Assembly (NCBI GenBank): GCA_945873815.1
Contig: CAMCEE010000005.1
Span: forward strand, 20,235 to 84,234
DNA length: 64,000 nucleotides
Origin: an uncultured Bacillales bacterium
GTDB taxonomy: Bacteria > Bacillota_I > Bacilli_A > RFN20 > CAG-449
Reading direction: 5' to 3'
The position numbers and the translations under genes were made by a program. Shown here piece after piece: positions 21,636 to 31,700 of this stretch. The notes under the pieces were generated by a model, which saw nothing but the letters and a program-made list of their open reading frames with translations, was not told the origin of the DNA and ran no database searches. Each line of letters begins with the position of its first letter. Position 1 is the stretch's first letter.

Positions 21636-23675
21636 ATGAACAAGATTGACGTTTACTACCGCGCGTTTAAATCATATCGTAAAGAAACTAAGGAGCGTAA
21701 AGACTGCCTTACTGATTTAAGTTTGATTAAAGAAGCGCAAGCTAAAAATGATATTCTTGAAGCAACGAAGTATTTATGCATTGTTGATGAAGAGTGGGTC
21801 CAACGTATTGAGGTTGGTCTTACTTTTGTCGAGAAAGCTTTAGCTGAAGAACGTCAATTTATTCGTTCTGATGGAGAGATTGTTCCTATTGAGAAAGTAA
21901 AGAAGATTTCTCGTTCATCTGTTGAGCATCTTGCTCGTCATAGCAATATGATTACTCATGTTCCTGAAGAAGGTAATGATTTAGTTCCTGATAAGATCTA
22001 TATGGTTGAGAAATTGTCAGATTATGCAGTATATGAAAATAGATTTTTATATATGTTATTATCGTATTTACATGAATTTATCATGTATCGCTTAGAAAAA
22101 ATCGAAAAAATATCTGCAACGTATGATAGTATATTGGAACTCAATAAGGATGTAACATTTAACAATCAAAAAATCAAATATGAAGTAAAAATAACAGATC
22201 ATCGAGAGAATAATCCATATTCGATTAAAGATGAAAAATCAGCTTTGATCATTCAAAGAATAAGAGATTGTGATCAAATAATTAACTCGATGCTAAATAC
22301 TGATTTAATGATTCAAGTTTCGAAATCTCCAATGATTAAACCACCAATAACAAAAACTAATGTTTTAAAAATGAACAATAATTTTAAAAATGCACTTGCC
22401 TTATATGATTATATTGCAGGTTATAGTGGTTTAGGATTTGAAACGGAAGAGGTAAAACGTGAATTCCATCCATTTAATGATTTTAATGCAAGTGAGATTG
22501 CTGAAGCTTTGAATTTAACATCTTTTATTTCCTATAAGATTGGTAACGAAATTGAGGATGTACTAAATACTGCTTATGAGGAAGAAGAGGAAAGAAGACG
22601 ACAACAAGAAGCACAAAAGATGGTTGATCGTATTAATAGAATTAAAAAGAAAGCACGTGAAAATGGGCAAACTTTAGAAGAATATATGCTTCTTCTTGAA
22701 GATCGTAATAAAATGCTTGAAAAAGATAGTCAAGAATTAATTCTTGCAAGAAATAAAGTGTTTGAATTGAATAAAATTATTGATGATTTGAATCAAGAAA
22801 AAATTGAATTAAATCATCAAATAGCTGATTTAAATTTAGAAATTGCAGAAAAAGTAAAAGAGATTGATCGTCTTAATCAAAAATATATCGATGATATGAA
22901 GGCTATTAAACTTCAACACGAAGAGGATATTAAAAATCTTAATAAAGAGCATGCGGATAAGATTGCAGAAATTCATAATTCGTATATAGAAAGAATTGAT
23001 GAAATTAATGAAAATCATCAAATTGAAATCGATGAATTAAATTATAAGCATCAAGAAGAAGTCGATGCACTTAATGATTCACATTATCGTGAACTAAATG
23101 ATATGCGTGAAGAATATGAGAATGAGCGTTCACAATTGATTACTAATTACAGTTCTAGAATCGATCAATTAAATGATGATTTGCAAAAGAATATTCAAGA
23201 GCATAACGAAATGAAAACTTCATTAGAAAATAAGATTGATGATTTGAATTCAGCCTTGAAAGATACAATTGATGAAAGAAAAGCTATCGTAAAAGAATAT
23301 GAACAAAAACTCGTTGATTTTGAAAATAGCAGCAATGAGATTATAGAAGGAGAGAAACGTCGTAATCGTATCTTACAAAGAGAAAAAGAGATGATGCGAG
23401 GCGAAATGAATGCGATGAGACTTCAAAATGGTAAAATTGAAGTTGGAAGTGAGTTCGCAACGCGTGAACGTTTCATGGAATTAGAAGAAGAGTTTGTCGC
23501 ATTCAATGCTTTCTTTAAAGAACAATGGAAATATACTAAAAAAGAAATTAGAAAGATGATTCTTTGGGAAAGAAAGGAAAAGAAAAAGAAAATTAATAGT
23601 CCAATAGAAGAGATTATTCCTTCTACATCTAATGGAACTGAAGAGAATAATTCCGAATCTAATAGCGTTAATTAA
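21636..23675 (+). CDS. DUF2357 (McrC N-terminal-like) domain protein with long C-terminal coiled coil, no nuclease domain evident
   Basis: SVEHLARH, P.KIY, YAVYENRFLYMLL and T.VL....NF...L.LY resemble DUF2357; the C-terminal half is coiled coil. Confidence 0.75.
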   Translation: MNKIDVYYRAFKSYRKETKERKDCLTDLSLIKEAQAKNDILEATKYLCIVDEEWVQRIEVGLTFVEKALAEERQFIRSDGEIVPIEKVKKISRSSVEHLARHSNMITHVPEEGNDLVPDKIYMVEKLSDYAVYENRFLYMLLSYLHEFIMYRLEKIEKISATYDSILELNKDVTFNNQKIKYEVKITDHRENNPYSIKDEKSALIIQRIRDCDQIINSMLNTDLMIQVSKSPMIKPPITKTNVLKMNNNFKNALALYDYIAGYSGLGFETEEVKREFHPFNDFNASEIAEALNLTSFISYKIGNEIEDVLNTAYEEEEERRRQQEAQKMVDRINRIKKKARENGQTLEEYMLLLEDRNKMLEKDSQELILARNKVFELNKIIDDLNQEKIELNHQIADLNLEIAEKVKEIDRLNQKYIDDMKAIKLQHEEDIKNLNKEHADKIAEIHNSYIERIDEINENHQIEIDELNYKHQEEVDALNDSHYRELNDMREEYENERSQLITNYSSRIDQLNDDLQKNIQEHNEMKTSLENKIDDLNSALKDTIDERKAIVKEYEQKLVDFENSSNEIIEGEKRRNRILQREKEMMRGEMNAMRLQNGKIEVGSEFATRERFMELEEEFVAFNAFFKEQWKYTKKEIRKMILWERKEKKKKINSPIEEIIPSTSNGTEENNSESNSVN

Positions 23676-23694
23676 TGATTAGGGGGTGGAGATT

Positions 23695-25254
23695 ATGAAA
23701 AAACTAAGAGTTACATTCGTAGTTATCGGATTGTCTTTTATGTTGCTTATTATCTCTATTTTACATCAACTAAACGTTAATGGAATCAATGGTATTAGGA
23801 TTTCAGATAATGCCTTTAAATACGTCCTTATGGGACTTATGATTGGTATCATCATATTCCTTGTTATATTTAATATTTTATTGAATAAATCGACAAGAGA
23901 TGATTTTAAACGCGTAAGCAATGAATATCTTGGTGTTGATTTTACTGAAGAAGTTGAGGAACCTTCAACTGAAGAAATCGCACCAAAAAGAAAAAAGATT
24001 ACTATTTATAATCCTAGTGGAGGTCAAGTTTCAGCTTATATTGGTGGTAGTAGTGGAATTAATGGACCAACTTCATCATCTTATTTTGATACTACTAGCG
24101 AAAATGAAGTATCAAATGATCATTCAGATGATGGAGAAGAGAATGAGGATGATATCATCAATAGTGAAGATGGCTCATCTAGATTCTATATGCTATCTCA
24201 AATCGATCAAAAAATGGAATTTAAAACTCCTGTTAAATATGATAAATCGATGAATTTAAAAGAGATTTGCGATGATTTTAGAAACTTCGCTTGCAATAGA
24301 TTGAAACTCTATTACGATATTGAAGATATTAGAAGATTCATCGGTGGATTATCCGTTACAAAACTTATCATCCTTCAAGGTATGTCAGGTACTGGTAAAA
24401 CTTCCTTAGCTTATGCTTTTGGTGAATATCTAGATAATAAAACAACCGTTATCCCTATTCAACCGATGTGGAAAGAAAGAACGGATTTAATTGGGTATTA
24501 TAATGAATTCACAAAGAAGTTCAATGAGACGACCTTATTATATAAGATGTATGAAGCTAATTATAATGATGATATTTATATTACCGTATTAGATGAAATG
24601 AATATCGCAAGAGTTGAATACTATTTTGCAGAATTCCTATCACTTTTGGAATTACCAAATCCAGATGGAAGAAACCTCGATGTAGTTGCAGATAAATGGA
24701 GCAATGATCCTAAGTTACTACGAGAAGGAAAATTGAGATTGCCGATCAATATGTGGTTTATTGGAACTGCGAATAACGATGACTCTACATTTGCAATTTC
24801 CGATAAGGTATACGATAGAGCAATGGTATTAAATCTTGATAAGAAGGCAGTACCATTTGAAGCACCTTATGTAGAATCAAAGAGGATTTCATCAAGTTAC
24901 TTATATCAATTGATGAATGATGCACAAAAGGAATATTCAATATCTGATCGTAATTTAAGAAGAATTAGGGAATTAGATAAATTCATGATCGAGAAATTCC
25001 ATTTAACATTTGGTAACCGTATTATGAAACAAATTAGAGTATACGTTCCAGTGTTAGTCGCATGTGGAGGAACGGAATTAGAGGCAATCGATGATATACT
25101 TGCAAGAAAAGTATTTAGGAAATTGGAATCTAAGAATCCAGTATATGTAAAACAAATGGCAGAATCTGTATGTTCGTATCTAGATGAATTATTTGGAACA
25201 GATAAATTGCCATTATGTAAAGAAGTCATTCGACTTATCGAACAAAATGTATAG
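23695..25254 (+). CDS. Membrane-anchored McrB-like AAA+ NTPase (copy 2, different 2-TM N-terminus)
   Basis: Two hydrophobic segments, Ser/Gly/acidic linker, AAA domain identical in protein to copy 1; alternative GTG start at 23686. Confidence 0.85.
   Translation: MKKLRVTFVVIGLSFMLLIISILHQLNVNGINGIRISDNAFKYVLMGLMIGIIIFLVIFNILLNKSTRDDFKRVSNEYLGVDFTEEVEEPSTEEIAPKRKKITIYNPSGGQVSAYIGGSSGINGPTSSSYFDTTSENEVSNDHSDDGEENEDDIINSEDGSSRFYMLSQIDQKMEFKTPVKYDKSMNLKEICDDFRNFACNRLKLYYDIEDIRRFIGGLSVTKLIILQGMSGTGKTSLAYAFGEYLDNKTTVIPIQPMWKERTDLIGYYNEFTKKFNETTLLYKMYEANYNDDIYITVLDEMNIARVEYYFAEFLSLLELPNPDGRNLDVVADKWSNDPKLLREGKLRLPINMWFIGTANNDDSTFAISDKVYDRAMVLNLDKKAVPFEAPYVESKRISSSYLYQLMNDAQKEYSISDRNLRRIRELDKFMIEKFHLTFGNRIMKQIRVYVPVLVACGGTELEAIDDILARKVFRKLESKNPVYVKQMAESVCSYLDELFGTDKLPLCKEVIRLIEQNV
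24148..25254 (+). repeat. ~1.1 kb direct repeat, copy 2
   Basis: Matches 20510-21616. Confidence 0.95.
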
Positions 25255-25269
25255 AGAGGAGGAAAAAAC

Positions 25270-28200
25270 ATGAAAATAAAATCATTTATATTAATTATTG
25301 GTTCATTGCTTATATGTGCAATATCATCTATTGCTACATATTTAGGTTTATCTTCCGCTGGTATCATTAAAGGAGATAAGATCGATTTGATTTATTCGTT
25401 AAAAGATTATTCTGCTGAATATAATGGAGAAACGATTACAGCAAATGAAGAAATTTGTCCATTTGAATTAATAGAAGGGAAACTTCTTAATGGACATTCT
25501 GAATATTTTGTTTATTCTGGTTCTTTACAAAATGTTGGAGAGACAAAAGTTCATGCTTCAGTGAAGATTCTTGATAAAGATGGGTATGATGTTTCTAACG
25601 AATATACGATTAGAGTAAATCCTTCTAAATTAACGATTACTGAAAGAGAGATATTAGTTGCAATTGATTCAACGAAAATAGAATATAGTGGTTCTGATAT
25701 TATTGCAGGTGACAATTTAATTGTCATCACAAAAGGTGCTTTAGCTCAAGGAGACCGTATTGTTCCTTCATTATCATTTAATGAAGATCGTACTGGTATT
25801 GATGTTGATGCTAAAGTTTATGACGTTTTTGGAACAAATAAAACGAATAATTATAAGATTTCTTTTGATGAAAATAATAGTTCTGTTGAACTTGCTAGAC
25901 TTCCTTTATTAATTGAACCGATTTCAACATCGAAAGTATATGATGGAAAACCATTGAATTTTTCAGAATATCGTATTAAAAATGGTACATTATTGACTGG
26001 TCATCATTTAGAAATTGATTATGGTGATGGTATTGTTAACGTTGATGATTCAGGTACAAACTATAAGATTAGAAATGCATATGTATTTGATGAAAATGGA
26101 ACAAATGTATCCGATATGTATAATATCGATATTAAATCGACAGCTAATCTAACGATTAGACCTGTTACTATTCCTGTTAAAGTGAATGCACTTCAAAAAA
26201 CGTACGATGGAAAAGGTTTTGACTCTGATCAAATCGCTAAAGATAAAATATTTTCAAGTTCAATTCCAGATGAATTGAAAGAGAATGGATTCTATATTGA
26301 ATTAATAAACTATAATACTATTGTTGATATTTTAAGTGGATATAGTAGCGTTAATAGAAGCGAATTTAATTGTAAATTTGAACTTAGAAATGATAATTTC
26401 ATAGTAAATTCTTCAAACTATAATATTGAAGTTACAAATAATTCATATGAAGTAGTTCCTTGTGTAGTTCATATTGTTTTTAAGGATCTTGGAACATTAG
26501 AATATCAATCAGAAGGATTAGATATTGATAGTCCTTTAGATGTTATTACGAATTTCTTCCTAGAGAATAATAGTAGTGCACAAGCAAATGATGAATTTAA
26601 TAATTTAACGATTGCGTTTGAAGATGAAAACAATGCGATTTCATATTTCAAGAACTTGTCATCAATCGGTGATCATTTCTATACAGTGAATTTAGCATTA
26701 TTAGATAAAAATGGTAACAAAAACAATAATTTTAGAATTGTATATGATAATCGAGGAAGAATTATTATTACAAAGATTAAGATGAATATTGTAGGACTTT
26801 CTGGGGAATTACAATATAATGGAGAAGAACAAAGTTTAACTGTTGATGAGAGTGGCAAAAGTTATGAAACTTATTCAGGTAACCTTCTAAATGGTCACGA
26901 AATCAAGATTACATATAATGATAAATTAAAGTCTATTGGTACGAAAGTATGTAGTAATTCGGTGTATAAAATCGTTGAAAAAACTGGCTTAAAAAGAGAT
27001 GTAACAGATCAATATTATGATATTAATTTTATTCCTGGTGAATTAACTATAGTTCCTAAAGAAATTACAGTAATGTATAATGGTTCATCTAATGAAGTTG
27101 AATTAACTTATGGTGATTCAATTAATCTTAGTGATTATATGCCACTTTACTCGACTGGCTGGATTAAAGGCGAAAAAATATCCGTTCGATATACCCCTAC
27201 TTCGAATTATGAACAATTTGATCCAGTTGGTGTTTATAATGTATTTTATAGTGGTGCGATAGCAGCAGATGATAGTAAACAATATATATTGGAAAACTAT
27301 GTTTTTAATTATGTTCCACTTGTATTAAATGTTGTTCAAAAAGAAGTTGAATTAATTTGGGGAAATATTAATCTAACCTATAATGGAAAGGTTCAAAAAC
27401 CAACATGTGAGGTTAAAGGAATCTTTGATCATGATGAATGTTTCCTTATCACTTCAGAAGGTAATATTAACGCTTGTGAAACTGGGACAAATTATGAAGT
27501 GGAAGCGATTAGATTATCAAATTCGAATTATAAGCTTCCGCTAGAGACAAAGAAGACTTATGTCATCAATAAAGTAGAATTAGTATTAAAAGCAAATGAT
27601 AATACGATTGTTTTTGGTGAAGAAGCTAAGCATAATGGATACACAATAACTGGATTCGTTAATGGTGAAGATGAATCATATATTGAGAATTTAAGCTCTT
27701 TATCATATTCTTATTCTACTAATCCTGATCCTTTCGAACCAAGAGATATTGTGATTACTGAAAATCCTGATTTGAAATTGACTGCGACAAATTATACGTT
27801 TAAACCTTTCCAAAAAGGTACTTTATATACGATTAAAACTTCTCTTAAAGTTAAACTTATTAATGCCGAGTTAGAATATGGAGAAGATTTGACTCCTGAA
27901 AAACTTTCTGAATATTATGAAAATGGTCAATTAGTAATCGATGGATTCAAGGAAGAGAGTCATAAGGATATGATTGTTTTCTCTTCGGCATCCTACATTT
28001 CTAATTATGCCCCTGGAAAAGCGATAGGTTCTTATCGTGTGACACTTCAAAACTTAACAGCAACTATTGGAGAATTTTCATATTATGATTTTGAATATAT
28101 AGAAAGCACTATTACTGTAAATGCAAGAACAATTGAAGTAATGTATCAAAATTTTGATCCAAATAATATTACTTACTCGGGAAAAAATCTAACAATTCAA

Positions 28201-28725
28201 GGAACTAACTTCACAACTGGTCCTAAAGAATTATTTATAAATGATAGTTTTAAAACACTAAATTTGGATAATGTATTTACTTTAAATTCAAATAGTTATG
28301 CAGTTAAGCCGGTTATTGTTGATAATAATGGCAATGATGTTACTAATAACTATGAAATGAGTACTGCTGCATTAACTATACAAACTTCATCAGGTGTAAC
28401 TCCGTTGGTAGTTAATGTCGAATATGTCATTAAACAATTCACGTATTATGATGGGATATTTGATTTATTCAGTAATCCTACATATGGTAATAAACTAGTT
28501 AAGATAAATTCCGAATTAGCTCCTGGTGATCGTATTGCTTCGTATAGTGCAATTTTAACTGAATCAACAGATGAAACTGCAGAAGGAGTAGTGATTTATA
28601 ATCTTCTTCTTGTTGATTTGATTATTGTTAATGAAAATGGAGAGGAGATTCAAGATCGTTATTATGAAACTCCAGGAGATCCAATTATTGGTAAAATCAT
28701 TATTACAAATTGCCCATCTTCATAA
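25270..28725 (+). CDS. N-terminally anchored surface protein with MBG/YDG-type beta-sandwich repeats (1151 aa)
   Basis: Signal/anchor helix, then repeats of the pattern K.YDG...D.NG.DV...Y.I....G.L.I. Confidence 0.75.
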   Translation: MKIKSFILIIGSLLICAISSIATYLGLSSAGIIKGDKIDLIYSLKDYSAEYNGETITANEEICPFELIEGKLLNGHSEYFVYSGSLQNVGETKVHASVKILDKDGYDVSNEYTIRVNPSKLTITEREILVAIDSTKIEYSGSDIIAGDNLIVITKGALAQGDRIVPSLSFNEDRTGIDVDAKVYDVFGTNKTNNYKISFDENNSSVELARLPLLIEPISTSKVYDGKPLNFSEYRIKNGTLLTGHHLEIDYGDGIVNVDDSGTNYKIRNAYVFDENGTNVSDMYNIDIKSTANLTIRPVTIPVKVNALQKTYDGKGFDSDQIAKDKIFSSSIPDELKENGFYIELINYNTIVDILSGYSSVNRSEFNCKFELRNDNFIVNSSNYNIEVTNNSYEVVPCVVHIVFKDLGTLEYQSEGLDIDSPLDVITNFFLENNSSAQANDEFNNLTIAFEDENNAISYFKNLSSIGDHFYTVNLALLDKNGNKNNNFRIVYDNRGRIIITKIKMNIVGLSGELQYNGEEQSLTVDESGKSYETYSGNLLNGHEIKITYNDKLKSIGTKVCSNSVYKIVEKTGLKRDVTDQYYDINFIPGELTIVPKEITVMYNGSSNEVELTYGDSINLSDYMPLYSTGWIKGEKISVRYTPTSNYEQFDPVGVYNVFYSGAIAADDSKQYILENYVFNYVPLVLNVVQKEVELIWGNINLTYNGKVQKPTCEVKGIFDHDECFLITSEGNINACETGTNYEVEAIRLSNSNYKLPLETKKTYVINKVELVLKANDNTIVFGEEAKHNGYTITGFVNGEDESYIENLSSLSYSYSTNPDPFEPRDIVITENPDLKLTATNYTFKPFQKGTLYTIKTSLKVKLINAELEYGEDLTPEKLSEYYENGQLVIDGFKEESHKDMIVFSSASYISNYAPGKAIGSYRVTLQNLTATIGEFSYYDFEYIESTITVNARTIEVMYQNFDPNNITYSGKNLTIQGTNFTTGPKELFINDSFKTLNLDNVFTLNSNSYAVKPVIVDNNGNDVTNNYEMSTAALTIQTSSGVTPLVVNVEYVIKQFTYYDGIFDLFSNPTYGNKLVKINSELAPGDRIASYSAILTESTDETAEGVVIYNLLLVDLIIVNENGEEIQDRYYETPGDPIIGKIIITNCPSS

Positions 28726-28755
28726 TAGATTATAAAAAAAAGAAAGGAGGATTCT

Positions 28756-31700
28756 ATGTCATCGTACGATTCTTATGTGAGTAAGATAGAAAAGATAGCA
28801 AAAGTGAAAAATTTTGTGGTTAAACACAAGATTCCTTTCATCGTGGGAGCAGGAATTGTTGCAGCACTCACTACTTCTTTTGTATCTACTAAAGGAATCA
28901 TTGTTCAAGATATAGTTCTTCCTGACAAAATCGTTTATGGTAGTGATTTTGAGTTTGAAAAAGAAGCTATTGGTTTATTTGGCTCAGAAATATATTACGA
29001 ATATCGATTAGAAGGAGAAGATTGGTCGACTCAAAAACCTTTAAAACCTGGACATTATAATGTAAGAGCAGTTTCAACAAACTCTTTTGGTGGAAAGATA
29101 TATGGTAATGAAGTATCTTTTGAGATTGGAAGAAAAGACATCACATTTGTGATTAATGATAGTATTATCCCATATGGAGATTATGAAAATATCTCGTATT
29201 CGATTTATGATGGTACTCCTGATGATAAAGATATCTATTCTAAGGGTTTAGTTGGAAGCGATTCTATCTATACTATTGATTTTGAATTCGAAGATACGTC
29301 AAAAAATTCGACGATGTGTAGAGTAGAACAAGAATCTGTAACAATTATTAACCAAGATGGAAATGATGTTAGTGCTCTATATAAAGTTCATACTGTTTAT
29401 AAAGATATTACATTTGCAAAACGTGATATCGTTCTTGAACCAGAATTAGTTAATAAAGTATATGATGGAACACCAATTGAATATAATAATGAATATACTT
29501 CTAGCACTGCGAAAGATATCGCAAAAGGCGATACATTAACAATTTATACATCGATAGAAGATAAAAATGGAGATGAATTAGAAGAACTTCCAATTGAAGC
29601 GGGATCTTATTTGAATTCTATAGATAGTTTTAAGATTGTTAATAGTAAAGGTGATGATGTCACTGTTAATTACAATATCAAATATAAACCTAATTATTTA
29701 GTTATTTCAAAACGTGATATCACTATTCAAGCGGGAAGTAGTGAAAGAGTATATGATGGAACAACTCTTTCTAATTATGATTATGAAAGTATTGTTTCAG
29801 GATCATTAGTTGAAAATGAATACATCGTATATGATTCATCTAAAGAAACAGAATTTCCATCGATGAAAGATGTATATTATGTTGATGGATTAGTTTCTTC
29901 GATTGAAAATAAGATTAAATATCTAATTACTGATGGAACAAAAGATAAATCTAAAAACTATAATATTACTGTTTTACCAGGAGAATTAAAGATTCTTCCT
30001 CTTGAATTAAATATTACTCCACTTGAACAAGAATCTTTTGTTTATAATGGTGAAAAAGTTGAATACAGTAAAGAAAAGAATAATTTCCATGAGGTTAATG
30101 GAGTATCTTTGCCAGAAGGTGTTGAACTTAATGTTAAAGTATATTATGAACTTTATGATGATCTTGAGTTGTTTTCACCTCTTGATTCTGTGATGGATGC
30201 TGGTCCTTATGCGATTAATATTAAATCATATTCTATAATTAATGATCTTGAATCAAATTATATAATAAATACTATGCCAACATATTTTGATATATATAAA
30301 CGTGATGTAACCGTTTCTATTATCAATCTAGATGATTGTGAGTATGATGGAAATGGTTTTGCGTATGATGGTTTATCGTATAATATTACATCTCCTTTAG
30401 GTTTTGTTGATGGAGAAAAAATCAAAGTTATTGCAAAATATAGTGCGGATGGAGTAAATTTTTCCACTTCTCAACCAAGAAATGCTGGAACTTATTATGT
30501 AAAATTAGATTCTTTTGAGTTTATGTTAAATGCAAAAGAAAAGAATTATAATATTACCCTATTAGATACAATTGAAGAATTTGATATCCTTCCTAGAACT
30601 ATTTCAATATATGCAAATAGCTTGCCTAATGCAATTTACAATAAAACCATTCAAGATACGTATGACAAAAATTCATTATTATATGATAAGGGTTCAAAAA
30701 CAATTGTAACAGAAGATAAATTCAGTGTTTCCGTTGATTATCGTTATCTTGATGGAAATATAGAAATATTACAAAATCCTAAGAATGCTGGTGATTATCG
30801 AATTTATATTTCTAGCATTAATTTTGAAGATGAAATCAATGCAGGAAACTATAATATCTTATATTCTAAAGGTAAATATGGGGAATATAGAATTGAACCT
30901 AGAAGCGTTTATATAAAAGCAAATGATATGGAATCTATCATTTATGATGGAAATAATCATTCGGAATATGATAGTACTTCATATACACTATTGAATGATA
31001 CTTCTTTTGTTGAGGGAGATGGTGTTCTTGTTTCTCCAAAATTCTATTTAGAGAACAAAGTTGATGACGCTAATAATGTAATTGAACCTAGAAATGCAGG
31101 TACTTATTATATTTTCATTGATTCCTTTGAATATACAAATGAGACGATGAATGGAAACTATTCAGTTATAATCAATGATTTAGAAGGAACTGGTGGTATT
31201 TTTACCATTAATAAACGTAAAGTAACGATTAAAGCAGTTGATGTTGAATCGAGTGTTTATAATGGAAAAATACAAGATTATTACGATATTAATGATTATA
31301 CATACGAGAATGATTCTTTAGAAATCGTTGATAAAGCAACTGTATCATACCGTTATATAAATGATGAAAACAACGATGCTATAACACTTAATGCATATAA
31401 ATATGGTATCTTACTAAATGGTATAAGTTTTGAAGATGAGAATAATTTAAATAACTATATCATTAATTATTCAACTGAAAAAGGATGGTATGAAATCTTA
31501 AAGAAAGATCTATTGATTACTTCAGTTGATAAGGAAATAATTTATGGACAAGAGTTCGTTGATAAAGAAGTATCATATACTGGATTTGTTGAAGGAGAAG
31601 ATGAAAGCGTCTTAAATGGTACTTTATCAATCAGTACTTCTTATAATAAATATGATAATGTCGGGTCATATCCTATTATTTCTTCAGGTTTAATGGGAGA

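Noticed and set aside
20129..25254. Classical McrBC restriction system or CoCoNuT defence locus
   Set aside because: No PD-(D/E)xK nuclease, helicase, HEPN or modified-base reader is visible and the GTPase domains are TM-anchored; only the motor core is shared
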